A DNA stretch of 64,000 bases from Hypanus sabinus. Lineage: Eukaryota. The translations under genes and the position numbers were made by a program. Below, piece by piece: positions 47,948-60,087 of the stretch. The stretch is taken from assembly GCF_030144855.1 (NCBI RefSeq), contig NC_082731.1:26226001-26290000 (forward strand), given 5' to 3'. Under the pieces are notes generated by a model, which was given only the letters and a program-made list of their open reading frames with translations, searched no databases and was not told where the DNA came from. How positions within the stretch are numbered: the stretch's first letter is position 1; each line of letters starts with the position of its first letter.

Positions 47948-48952
47948 GTAAGTGTCTAAAATGGCTATCCCACAAAGATCCCATCGTCGGGACCTTGGGT
48001 CCTTTTTTTTTAATTACACGGCTCTCTAGATAATGTCAGCGACAAAACGAAGCAAATAATTGTTTGCTTCCTGAAATTATTAACCAAAGTAGTCAATTGT
48101 TTTCCGGGGGGTGGTCAAATATAAATGGAAAGTCCAAATTATTTTCTAAGAGACTCTAATGTGCAGTTGTCCATAGAAATGTGGTAGTAGAGAAATGAAA
48201 GGAATAATGTTAGAAACGGACGTTCCATTGCAGGTTCACTGAATACAATAACGATTTGATTGCTCGGGGCAGATAACAGCGGAGGGAAGTTTGTTGGAAA
48301 GGATTTTGTGACCGTAATGGACATCGTGTGGGATGCAACAAATCGATTGTTGTTTGGTAGGGGCAATTGTACTGACGAGCAACACAGGAGAAAATGTTGG
48401 AGCAGCACAGCAGATCAGGGAAAATAGATGGAGGGAAATTAATAGTAGACATTTCGGATAGAGAAGTGGACTCTTCTCCCTCTATAGATGCTGCTCGTGC
48501 TGCTGAATTCACCCATCACTTTATGTATGTTGCTCACGATCTTCAGTATCTGTACAATCACTTGAGTCTCAGTATTTTGATGAATTGAGGAACTAGATAC
48601 AAGCTGTTAATTAGGTGACAGACTCTTTTTTAGATGTTAATGAAATATCATATCCTTTACACATCGTTAATATTTACATGGAAGAGTTAGGGCTTCATTC
48701 TATATTATTATGCTTTCTGGAAGATTTTACAAAACTTCTAATATTCCGCTAAACACAAAAGAAAATGTGCATTGATGCTGAAACCAGTATTAAACCCGTG
48801 CAGAAAAAATACATAGTAGCCAATGAAAGCAGATAATACTGTAAATAAGAGTGGCTCAAGGGCTGTTATTGGAAAAGAAAGTTACCACTGCTTTGCAAAA
48901 GAGAACGGCTGCTCTTCTCTGCAAAAACTTTGACGTATATTTTGCAATTTAG

Positions 48953-48954
<2 letters not shown>

Positions 48955-49034
<80 letters not shown>
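48955..49034. repeat. (TC)n microsatellite
   Basis: About 40 TC units. Confidence 0.98.
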
Positions 49035-49036
<2 letters not shown>

Positions 49037-49591
49037 TCCCTTATCTATCGATCTATCTATCTCGGCGAGAAGGGCGTCGAGGGTCGAAGAGAATACGGAA
49101 CTCAGATATTAATCAGGTTATCTATATAATTTTTGAATATATGACGTGATTACTACGAGTGGTCTACATCTGCTCGCAATATGCATGGTCAATTTCTCTT
49201 CACTCTTACAACTGCTCTTGAAGAAAATGCATCTTAATTGTTCTTAAAAATCGTTCCCCGCGTAGACTTGGCACTTCAAACTCAAAAACACTAATACTTG
49301 AGCTAGATTTTGAGCTTCAACGAATTACTATTAAAAAAAACACCCCAAACCCCCCCCCCCCCCATCTTTAGTTGTAGAATGTACACCAATGACTTGGACG
49401 GGCAGAAAAATGATCACAACAAGCAAATATGGCTAGGTGATCTGCTTATCTAATAAACTGATTGACAAATATTTCGCTCCCTCGACAGAGAATATTCCAT
49501 CTGAAAAGTAAACATGAAAGACTAGAGAAATCAGAAGTCCTTCCCGTGAATAAAGTTACTCCAATTTTCAGTACTGCTGATTGGCACTGTG

Positions 49592-49651
49592 CGAGTCATA
49601 ATTATGACAAGATAATATTCGGACGTGGAACCAGGTTAACTGTCAAACCGA
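49592..49651 (+). CDS. TRAJ: TRAJ segment SHNYDKIIFGRGTRLTVKP
   Basis: RSS attttcagt(49564, weak)-12-cactgtg; donor gtgagt. Confidence 0.9.
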
Positions 49652-50662
49652 GTGAGTTCTCTCCACATGACAAAATCTTGACTTTGCTGTTCTAGTATTT
49701 AATTTGCAACTAAATGTTCACAAAGAAACTGTAGACATTGAAGAAAAATTATATAGTGTATGATCTAAACAGTCAGCAGGTAAGACAGCTTCTGCCGATG
49801 GTCCTGGTAAAGCAGCTTAAATTTTGGCTTCGTTAGAACACATGCACCTATTCTTAACCTGAAATAATTCAGAGAATAAGAAAACTTAGTTTATAAAAAG
49901 ATATATTGGCGTGAAGATCCCGTTCCCCAAATAAGTAATATTGGGCGTTTCTGGTGCTATATTCCAAATGCAGACACTCCATTCCTCGCTCTGGTAAGCA
50001 GATGGAGGGAAAAGTTCAGTGATAAGTTAAAAGTTTCATGAACAACTGGCTCTATTTAACCTGTAGATTATTTGGAATGGATACGAGGAGACTTTAACTT
50101 GCGTCATTTATGTGGATGGGCTCCTGTCTCTTGGTCTTTTCTCTCTTCTGAATCAAACTGCAGGTTTATCAAGACTTCACTCGTTTTCTTTTCTTTCTCT
50201 CTGTATCCTTTTAATTATGTTTCACATTCATCCAGCATTGGCCTCAAGTGCAATTTAAAATAATTTTAGTACAAATTAAAAATATTTCCGTATAAATCCA
50301 AGGATAGAAAAGAAAAAAATACCGATCGAAAAAGAAATAACAAGATGACGACCTCAAGAGGAGAGAAAATTAGTAAAATGATTGCAGAAAAGGTTTAACA
50401 TTATTCCACTGATGCTCCATTTTAACAATTGTGGCAATTCGTTAGTCAGGAATTCAGGCATAGAACTCTTTTGACAAGGAAATCATGTATTTTACAACAT
50501 AATTGAGACCCCTTATATAATTAGCATTGAGGGCAGCACAATGATAAGCAGACATAATAACTCAAATATATCTCAGGTCAGTTGAATGATACCATACGAA
50601 AGCATACAATTACTTTTAGCAAAATACTACACGGTGTTTTTGTACCTATAGTCGGCACTGTG

Positions 50663-50728
50663 TGAATGAAGGTGCAGGTTATGGAAAATTAATATTCGGC
50701 CAGGGAACCAAGTTAACCGTGACACCCA
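50663..50728 (+). CDS. TRAJ: TRAJ segment NEGAGYGKLIFGQGTKLTVTP
   Basis: RSS tgtttttgt(50635)-12-cactgtg; donor gtaagt. Confidence 0.96.
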
Positions 50729-51581
50729 GTAAGTATTTTAAGCAGATTTTGTAAATCTTATTGCAGAGGTGACAAAGATGGGATCTGGTTCCCAGTGCTT
50801 TAAATCTGTCGTGAAAATCTGCATAAGGTATAATAGTCAGCAGCAAAAAAAAATGAACTGCAGATACTGAAAATGGGTGCATAAAGGCGCAGGTGAAGGT
50901 TTCAGGAAGATGATGGGAATGTAGGGCGAATAGAATGGAATTCCTGTAGGTTTATGTAAATGAGTTGTTGACGGACTCGCTTGGCTGAAGGGCCAACTTT
51001 CCATGCTTCACAGATCTGTGAATCTGACCTGCAACATGTGTGTAATATGTTCTGTTTTGCAACAAGTCGTTCGAGATAGTCAGCGCCAAAAATAAGTTAT
51101 TCGGCTCCTTGCATTAAGTATAACACCTAGAAGTAGTGTCACTTTACTCTTGGAGTAGCAGCAGTCTTTTAATGCTTAATTAACAGCTGGGTGTTTTTAT
51201 TTCAGCGTCCAGCGTATAATCTAAAGTCAAATTACCTCATATACAAGGAGTCCTATGTATCTATCTGATCACTTTCAAGAAATAATATATGTATCTGAAA
51301 AGTAAAAGAAGTGCTGTACTTAATCACAAGAACAGCAAAATAATCTTTTCTTTGATTATGTCTGTGAAGTCAATACTGCAGAGCCGCGAGATTAAAGAAT
51401 GCAGCTTGTTCAGCTGTACTAAAATGACTGAAACGCAGAAAATTGAGCTGATAGTGATCATCTTCGAGAGAAATCGGTTATTATACGAAAAGGAGGTAGG
51501 CAATCAAATTGTAAAGAACTAAGATGGCAGTTCCAGAACCAAAATAAACGTGTCGTTTTTGTACCGGGGATTACCACTGTG

Positions 51582-51641
51582 TGGATGCTGGTGATAGGAA
51601 GCTAATATTCGGGTCAGGGACGAGATTAACAGTGACGCCAA
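51582..51641 (+). CDS. TRAJ: TRAJ segment DAGDRKLIFGSGTRLTVTP
   Basis: RSS cgtttttgt(51554)-12-cactgtg; donor gtaagt. Confidence 0.96.
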
Positions 51642-52454
51642 GTAAGTGTTTCCGACAGAATTCTGTTCTATCTGTTACATATCCATTCCAATTCATATAT
51701 GCAGAACTCTTCTTAAAGAATAGGCTTTAATGTGCTGCAAATAGTGTTGACATATATCCTGCTATAATCCGGAGAGGAGAGAATCCTGTCCTGGGAATAA
51801 AGAGTGGGGTTGTGAACAAACGGAGGAAATGTTCTGAAGTGGACTAGGGATAGGTCAGAGGGGAAATTAAGATAGACTGTTTGCTTCACTGTGTAATATT
51901 TGACTGTGCTTCACTTCTCGACGGGATCCACTGATGGCGGGTTGGGGAGGTTACGGGAACAGCAAGTACACGGATATGTGGAGGAGGGGGTCAAAATGAC
52001 CAAAGAACACAGAAGACAGAAGTCACGTTGTTGTCTCAGTCATCAACAACCACCAATTTGTCAAATGGTAACAGAAAGATTGCGTGTTTTAATGAAGATT
52101 AGTTGCTATATATCAAAGGTTACCCTTAGATCCGAGAATAATTTCCTGTTGGAGGAAGACCTAGACATGTCAGCGACAATATGTTGTCACGTTATGTCAT
52201 TCCTGTGATCAATTGGATGCTCAATAATCATGATTGATTATGATTTATTTGCAAATGCTCAGAGTTGTCCGCAGGTTTCTTTAGTAATATCGTGGAAAGT
52301 AGAAAACTACATGTTAATCCACATCTGGAGAAATTTCCCGTTAGATTCGCCCCCGGTAGGATCTAACAATACTGCTTACCTTCTGCATTTCATGTTAAAA
52401 CTGATTTGAAATCTAATCAGAAATATGCATTCCTTAATTCGAAGGACATGTTTC

Positions 52455-52654
52455 NNNNNNNNNNNNNNNNNNNNNNNNNNNNNNNNNNNNNNNNNNNNNN
52501 NNNNNNNNNNNNNNNNNNNNNNNNNNNNNNNNNNNNNNNNNNNNNNNNNNNNNNNNNNNNNNNNNNNNNNNNNNNNNNNNNNNNNNNNNNNNNNNNNNNN
52601 NNNNNNNNNNNNNNNNNNNNNNNNNNNNNNNNNNNNNNNNNNNNNNNNNNNNNN
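52455..52654. other. Assembly gap (N run)
   Basis: Run of N. Confidence 0.99.
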
Positions 52655-52781
52655 TTTTGCCAAAACAACCGAAAATGGGCCCTTGGCAATAATATCTACC
52701 ATTTCTCCGGGTGATATATCCATAGGCTGTATATAGTTTAATATAATGCTTCCGGGATTTGTGCTATCGGACAGGACGTAG

Positions 52782-52839
52782 TAGGTTATCAATAGCAAAT
52801 TGAATTTTGGGAAAAGGACAATATTAATCGTATAATCAA
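52782..52839 (+). pseudogene. Probable pseudo-TRAJ (*VINSKLNFGKRTILIV*S)
   Basis: gggatttgt(52754)-12-gacgtag; ttt ggg aaa agg aca ata tta atc gta taa; no GT donor. Confidence 0.55.
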
Positions 52840-53562
52840 TTACATATGACGAATGGATGCATTCCATTATGGAATGGGCACGACACAAAACTATCTAATT
52901 CTATGCATTGAGAATCGTTTTTGCTGGCATTGGAATTCACTATCTAAAGGACTTTAAATTTATCAATATGTGTGGATTTACCCACCATAATGCAAGCCAT
53001 GAAATCCAATCCAGCGGTAGGCAAACGAATTTAGGAAATAGATTGAGTTTAAACCGCTGCTGTATTTCCATTTTTTCCGCATTTAATTGTGTACTGAATG
53101 AATGCAACGGTGAAGTGTTGATAAGTATGCATAAGAATCAGGCCCGGTCATCAGAATTGGAATGGAGCGGCTGCTAGAGCTCTTGTCTCACAACTCCAGA
53201 TCAGGGGTTTTATCTACGCTGACCTCTAGTGCTGTCTTTATGGAGTTTATAACTTATCCTTATGACCGTGTGGGATTCCTGCCGTTCCCTGATGTGTTAT
53301 TAGGTGATAAGGGTTAATAGGTTAATTGGTCCTGTGACTGCAAACATTAGGAAGTTGATGGTAAAATATTGTAACAGATAAGAACAGACAGATGGAGGAA
53401 ACCTTCACTAATTATGTAATAAATGCAGAAGTTCTGAAAATGTTCCACATACCAGGTACAGCTTGTGGAGAAAAAAAACAGGGCTTAAATTATCTCTGTT
53501 ACAAAACACAAAACATTTCATACAGTTGCCCGGGAGTTTTTGAGCGCCATATTGCCACTGTG

Positions 53563-53619
53563 CGAATGATGGTTATACCCTCAAATTTGGATCTGGAACA
53601 AAGCTATCTGTTATTCCGA
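53563..53619 (+). CDS. TRAJ: TRAJ segment NDGYTLKFGSGTKLSVIP
   Basis: RSS agtttttga(53535)-12-cactgtg; donor gtaagt. Confidence 0.95.
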
Positions 53620-53769
53620 GTAAGTTTGGAATAGGTTGCATTTGGTTTGTGTCATATCGGAGTAACTGGAGCAGGTTTCACCAAACTGCTGTGTGCAAAT
53701 TTGAATGTTTGGAAGTTTGAGTTAGAAGGTTGAATTGGTTTTGAACTATTGACTCTAGTTAAAATGGCG

Positions 53770-53995
53770 TCATAGGGGCGTAGCGGTTAGTGCGACGCTA
53801 TTATATCTCAGGTCGTTGGAGCTTGGAGTTCTCCCCGAGAAATTGTGAGTTTTCTCCGGTTTCTTCTCACATCCCAAAGACGTAACGGTTCTTAGATTAA
53901 TTGATCATTGTAAATTGTTCCTTGATTAGACCAGGTTTGCTCGGTGGTGCGGCTCTAAGGGCTTTAAACGGACAATTCCACGCTGTATATCTAAA
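53770..53995 (+). mobile_element. V-SINE-like element
   Basis: tRNA-like head ggcgtagcggttagtgcgacgct and core ttctccggtttcttctcacatcccaaagacgt. Confidence 0.65.
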
Positions 53996-53996
53996 T

Positions 53997-54203
53997 AGGC
54001 TGGCTTGTGGAATGCCACTACTTCAAGGCTGATGGTATTGAGTTCAAACCCAGCCGGGTCCCACATTGGGCAGCAGCAGTATCCGCAGGGAAGCAAGGCC
54101 TAGCAATCTACTTCCGGGGTATCTTGCCATGAAAACCTTATGGACCCTATGGTCCATGAGGTCACGAAGAGTCGAACTTGACTTAACGACTGAGCAACAA
54201 CAA
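53997..54203 (+). mobile_element. tRNA-headed SINE with RTE/BovB-type tail
   Basis: B-box gagttcaaacc at about 54040; 3' end gtccatgaggtcacgaagagtcgaacttgacttaacgactgagcaacaacaa. Confidence 0.6.
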
Positions 54204-55049
54204 TCCCTCAATAAACAGAGATTATTTACTTCGACTTAGACTCAGGCTTAAACTTTTCTTTGGAGTGAAACAGACTATGTAGTAACCTTTACAATCATGG
54301 ATGGACAGATAGCTCCAGCATTTCCTTCAGAGTCATTGAGTCTGAACTCAAAGGCATTGGTTTAAACAGATCCTTAATAGGGAGATGCGGGGCAAGGTTT
54401 TCAGGTGCTGAGTATGTGGAATATGCTGTTGACTAAATGATGGAATCTGCATAATAATGGTGCCTAAAAAAACACTTGGACAGGTACTTGGTTGGGAAAC
54501 GTCTGGAGGGGAGGGATGGTATTAAAGCAAAAAGTAAAGGCAAGTAGGATGAGAAAAGAAATGCATCTTGGTCGGCATAGACGTATTTGGACGAAGTACC
54601 TTATCTGTTCTGCTATTTAATAAGATTGCTCAAATCCTCTTCCTACCTTTCCCACTACCCTTCATTTTTCTAAAATATAAATCCACGCTTGTAAATATGA
54701 TCAAAGATTCAGCCTCTACAGCCGTTCAGCGGACAGAATTCCAAAAGTACATAACCCTGACAGTGAAGGTATTTCTCTTGAATCCAATCTCAAATTGAAG
54801 ACCACTAAAACCCTTCAATCCATCAATCCATCAATCCATCACCATTAGTTGTGTGATGGTCCGAAGAAGTATTTTGAGAGTTGGTGCCCATTTGGATTTC
54901 GGCCAGAAATGTCGACCGTACTCTCTTCCATAGATGCAGCATGGCCGACTGGGTTCTTCCACCATTTTGCATGTGTCGCCCATTTATAGGACTTTATAGT
55001 TTGTTGTTCACCCCTGACACTGGTTTTTGTTAGCCTCTCACACACTGTG

Positions 55050-55112
55050 GGTGAATGATGTTTGGATACACGCTCATATTTGGATCTGGTACCAAACTCA
55101 CTGTTCAACCAA
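55050..55112 (+). CDS. TRAJ: TRAJ segment (*)MMFGYTLIFGSGTKLTVQP; in-frame stop at the 5' tip, usable only after trimming
   Basis: RSS ggtttttgt(55022)-12-cactgtg (consensus); TGA at 55052-55054; donor gtacgt. Confidence 0.8.
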
Positions 55113-55388
55113 GTACGTATCAGACAAATTACCTGAGCTATTGTTGAAGGGCTTGGATGTGTTTTAAATAGCTGTCATGTGTGTTGTAATGATGTAAAAT
55201 AAGGTAAAATAAGCATGTGATTGATACCATCATCTATACTTATTAATAAGACCATAAGATATAGAAACAGAATTCGACTTTGTTACATCTACGCTTTTTG
55301 CTGTTTTATCGGAATGCGACAATGAGTTGATTATGCACGAATGGCCAGAAGGAAGTGAGAGGTTTGTGTTTGGGGATATGGCACTGTG

Positions 55389-55451
55389 TGACTTATGGCA
55401 ACACCAACGTTTTAACTTTTGGAACTGGGACACGCCTAACTGTACAGCCCA
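55389..55451 (+). CDS. TRAJ: TRAJ segment TYGNTNVLTFGTGTRLTVQP
   Basis: RSS ggtttgtgt(55361)-12-cactgtg; donor gtaagt. Confidence 0.95.
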
Positions 55452-56654
55452 GTAAGTCTTATTTTGTCCTTTTAACAGCACGGAACGAGAATGTTAGCAC
55501 ATCGCCTTAGATTAATGTAATCATCACGGACGATTACAAGATAATCATGTCCATGAATTAACGTATTTGGAATCTTTGGGATAATTCTTTTTAGCTCAAA
55601 GCGAGGACAAAACAAAAATGTTGTAATTTTATTTAGAACACGAAGAGGTGACGTATCTAGCGATGGGATGCAAAAGGGTGCAGGGTTATAGGGGCTTCGG
55701 GTATATGCTGATGGTAACACGGTAGTGTAAGGAGGCGTCGGATGGAAATGCAGGTGATACTGCAGAAAATTGTGCAGTTCTTTTGTAGGACGTTGGTTTG
55801 GCCACAACTGGAGCATTCTATCTATTTCTGGCAGCTAAACTTTCAAAGCGATTGGGACGAGAAGGGACAAGGGAATGGGAGGGTGTCCATAGGCCGAAGG
55901 ATAGAATGGGTTAATCTGGCGTGATTCCGCTCGGAAAAGATAAGGCGCGGGGGGACATGAGATAATTGTCCATTGAAGTTAATGGCAGGCAGAGGAAGGA
56001 AAGAACACTCCAATTGGCAGAAGCGTCGAGATTGAGATCACGAGCCAGGAAGAATTTATGCAACGAGAAGTGTTGGTCTACAGCTTAGTGAAGGGATTTG
56101 GGAGCACATTCCACCGTAGTTTTCATAGGCCATGTAGATTTCTACGTGTGGCGGTGCGGAAAGGATGTAGATGGATAAGGAATGGAGCAAGGGATGAAAG
56201 TATTTGACTTTGATTTTACAGAAAAGGTCTTCACCGGATAAAAGTGCCGATTAACCCCAAAATGCACTTTTTGAGCTTTCTCTGTAATCAAAGAACATGC
56301 CAAAGCGGAGTTGCCGCTGTCAATCAGATCTTCCTTAATACAGGATAAACTGCTATCAATTAACATTTAACAGTTGGGAATAATTTAATGTGTAATAGAT
56401 TCATACAATTTAGAGCTTTCGCATTCATTGCATATTTCTAAGAGGCTTGACCAGGAGTTTACTCCGTGCATATATTCAGAAACATATTTGCTAATCAGAA
56501 ATAAGATACATTTGTTATTATACATTGCCGGAAAAAATGAGATTTTAGATACTTTGAACAGTCATTTACAGCTCTTGTAATGTAGTCCTGCATTCAGAGA
56601 TGGCAGTGTAACGTCTGACTAGCAAATATTTTGTTACTGGGATTTCATGCTGTG

Positions 56655-56711
56655 TGAACCCTGCCAACAACATCATCTTTGGATCTGGCACGAGGCTTCG
56701 TGTTATGCCTA
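56655..56711 (+). CDS. TRAJ: TRAJ segment NPANNIIFGSGTRLRVMP
   Basis: RSS tattttgtt(56627, weak)-12-tgctgtg; donor gtaaag. Confidence 0.82.
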
Positions 56712-56883
56712 GTAAAGTAGGAGTTTTCAGGACATGGAATTTCTAAATTGAGAGTCAGATGTATCACAGAGTTTGAGCAGAAAAGTATGTCAACTTGTAG
56801 CAAGATGATTTCTCTCTAAAGTCCTTCTACCTCCATGGACAGTATAAATGAACTACTTCAAGATGTTGATCAATGTAATCCTT

Positions 56884-57052
56884 NNNNNNNNNNNNNNNNN
56901 NNNNNNNNNNNNNNNNNNNNNNNNNNNNNNNNNNNNNNNNNNNNNNNNNNNNNNNNNNNNNNNNNNNNNNNNNNNNNNNNNNNNNNNNNNNNNNNNNNNN
57001 NNNNNNNNNNNNNNNNNNNNNNNNNNNNNNNNNNNNNNNNNNNNNNNNNNNN
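56884..57052. other. Assembly gap (N run)
   Basis: Run of N. Confidence 0.99.
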
Positions 57053-57955
57053 CTCTCTCTTAGAATGAAAGAGACTGTGTGAGAAACTTATAGCTGATAA
57101 TATCACGATAGGGGCATGGATAGGGTAAAAACTTGCAGTCCTTCTCTCATGGTCATGGAGTCTGACCTTAGAGCTATTGGTTTATCTGGAGAAGAGAGAA
57201 ATTTAATGGGGAGCTGAGGGATAATGTGTTCAGGTGGTTAGAATATGGAATGAGCTGCCAGAGTAAGAGGTAGAGATGGCACAATTATGATATGTGAAAA
57301 AAATAGTTGGAAAGTTACTTGGCGGGAAAAGATCAGGAGGGGCGATTGTAGACAAAAAAAAATCAAGCACAAACCGAGTTAGCACAGAAATGCATCCTGG
57401 TCGGCGTGGTCGAGTTGGTCCGAAGTGTCTGTTTGCATGTTGTTTTACTGCATGGATCGGATACAACTGCAATCCACTTAACAAACCATACTGCAAACTC
57501 CTTTGACTATGCAAAGGGTTCGGTTAGGAAGCACAACAGACGAAATGTAGCTGGAAGCCAGTGCCATTAACCTTCAACAATATTCCTTTTAATAGTGGTC
57601 CGAAAGGGAAATAGAGCCTCAGGAACAAAGGCAGGGAGAGCCCATTGAGCCCCTCCAGTTTGTTAAATCGATTAAATCAACTTCCTATCTTTATTTTGAT
57701 TTCCTTAAAGTATAAATCCACTTTTGTGTATGCGATCGGCGCTTCACCATCCACAGCCGTTCAGCGAAGAGAATTCTAAATATATATCAGCCTGGGAGTG
57801 AAGATATTTCTCTTCAATTCAATGCCAAATGGACAAGCACTGATGGCGAGAATGTCCCAAAAGTTCTTTTGAGGGCTGTTGCCCATTTATAAAAGACTTT
57901 GTAGTATGCTGCTTACCTCTGACAAGTGGTTTTTGTCAACCCCTCACGCACTGTG

Positions 57956-58017
57956 GGCGAATGTTGGTGGATACACGCTCATATTTGGATCTGGTACCAA
58001 ACTCACTGTTAAACCAA
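57956..58017 (+). CDS. TRAJ: TRAJ segment ANVGGYTLIFGSGTKLTVKP
   Basis: RSS ggtttttgt(57928)-12-cactgtg; donor gtaggt. Confidence 0.95.
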
Positions 58018-58311
58018 GTAGGTGTGAGAAAATATACCTGGGCTATTCGCGAAGGATGTAGATTTGTTTTAAATGGCTGTCATGTACATTGTACTGATGT
58101 AACAGAAGATGAAATAAGATGCGATCAATACCGTCATAATAATGCCACAAGATATAGAAACAGAATTGTGCCATTCGGCCCATCGACTCATTGTTTGTCC
58201 GTTTTGCTATCTACGCTTTTTGCTGTTTTATCTAAGTGCTTCAACGAGTTGATTATGTAGGAATGGTCAGAATGAAGTGGAGGGGTTTGTGTTTGGGGAT
58301 ACAGCACTGTG

Positions 58312-58374
58312 TGGCTTATGACAGCACGAACGTTTTAACCTTTGGAACTGGGACACGTCTAACTGTGCAGCCCA
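58312..58374 (+). CDS. TRAJ: TRAJ segment AYDSTNVLTFGTGTRLTVQP
   Basis: RSS ggtttgtgt(58284)-12-cactgtg; donor gtaagt. Confidence 0.95.
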
Positions 58375-59598
58375 GTAAGTCTTCTCATAGAACAGAAGGA
58401 AGCCATTGATATATCATATGTTAAATTGATGAGATTATCGTAAACGATTACAAGATAATCACATACGTAAATTTAGCCATTGGGATAATCTTTGCGATAA
58501 TTCTTTATGACTGTGAGCGAGGACTGACTAACGAGGATGTGCTTTTATTTGGAGAACAAAGAGGCGACGTGACAGGACGAGGAGACATAAAAGGGTGGGG
58601 ATCAATGGGGAATCGACTATATGCTGGTAACAGGATAGCGTGAGAAAGCATCGGATGAAAATGCAGGGGATCCTGCAGAAAATTATGCAGCACTTTCTAA
58701 GTATACTAGTTTGGCCACAACTGGAGCACTGTATCCATTTTTGACCCCGATCTTTCGAAGCATCTGGACTTAGAAGAGTAGTGGGAAGTGTTTCCTTGGA
58801 TCGAGGGATAGAATGGGTAAATCTGGTGTCATTCCGGCCAGAAACGTCGACAGTACTCTTTTCCATACGAAAAGACAAGTAAAGGAAGGACATGAGATAG
58901 GTGTTCATTGTAGTTAGTGGTAGGCAATTGAAAAGGTAACCAATCCCATTGTCAGAAGGGATAACGAGATTGAGACACAGATGTGAAGTCATTAGCCAGG
59001 GAGAATTGACGATCGAGATGTCATAGTCTACAACTCAGTCAAGGAGACTTAGATGCAAATTCCACCGTTACTTTCATAGGGGATGTTGATTTCTTCGTGT
59101 AGATGTACGTATAGACGCATAAAGAAGGGGTCAGGGGATAGAAAGTGTTTGATAATAAGAAAAATTCCTTCACAAGCTAAAAATGCCAATTATCCTCAGA
59201 TAATCATACTCTTTGAGGTTTCTCAGTAATCAAAAAACATGCTTAGGTTGTGTCGCTTCTGCGATACAGAGCTTCCTTAACACAGCATAAACTGACGTCA
59301 ATTAACATTTAACAGTTGGGAATAATTAAATATGTAATAGATTCATGCAATTTAGACAATGTGTAGTCATTGAATGTTTCTGATCAGTTTGGCCAAGAGT
59401 TAACTCAGAGCATATATTCAGAAACAAATTTGCTAATCAGGAATAAATTACATTTCATTATTATACATCACTGGGGAAAATGAAATTTTGGGCTACTTTC
59501 GACAGAAGCTCACAGCTGTTGTAATGTAGTCCTGCATTCAGAGCTGGCAGTGTAACGTCTGGCCCGCAAGGGATTTGGTACTGGGATTTCATGCTGTG

Positions 59599-59655
59599 TG
59601 AACATTGGTAACAACATCATCTTTGGATCTGGCACAAGGCTCCATATTACGCCTA
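59599..59655 (+). CDS. TRAJ: TRAJ segment NIGNNIIFGSGTRLHITP
   Basis: RSS ggatttggt(59571)-12-tgctgtg; donor gtaagt. Confidence 0.9.
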
Positions 59656-59873
59656 GTAAGTAGGAGCTTTTGGATATCATGTTTATGTATTGAAAGTCAG
59701 GTGTATCTTACAAAACGAGCGGAAACGTAGATCAACTTTTGTTTCTCTGATGCCTTTCAAAGCCCTTCTATGTTTACGTACAGTGAGAGGGAATTGCTTC
59801 CAGAGCATCTCATAGAAACTTGAAACATCTTCAAAATTACAGTTTATTCCATAGATAAATTAATGTTCATCAC

Positions 59874-60087
59874 NNNNNNNNNNNNNNNNNNNNNNNNNNN
59901 NNNNNNNNNNNNNNNNNNNNNNNNNNNNNNNNNNNNNNNNNNNNNNNNNNNNNNNNNNNNNNNNNNNNNNNNNNNNNNNNNNNNNNNNNNNNNNNNNNNN
60001 NNNNNNNNNNNNNNNNNNNNNNNNNNNNNNNNNNNNNNNNNNNNNNNNNNNNNNNNNNNNNNNNNNNNNNNNNNNNNNNNNNNNNNN
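59874..60087. other. Assembly gap (N run)
   Basis: Run of N. Confidence 0.99.

Larger units (their letters stand above)
54600..59873 (+). repeat. Tandem duplication, offset about 2.9 kb, three J per copy (about 54.6-56.88 kb and about 57.66-59.87 kb)
   Basis: J pairs 55050/57956, 55389/58312 and 56655/59599, with alignable intergenic DNA. Each copy ends at an N-gap. Confidence 0.93.
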
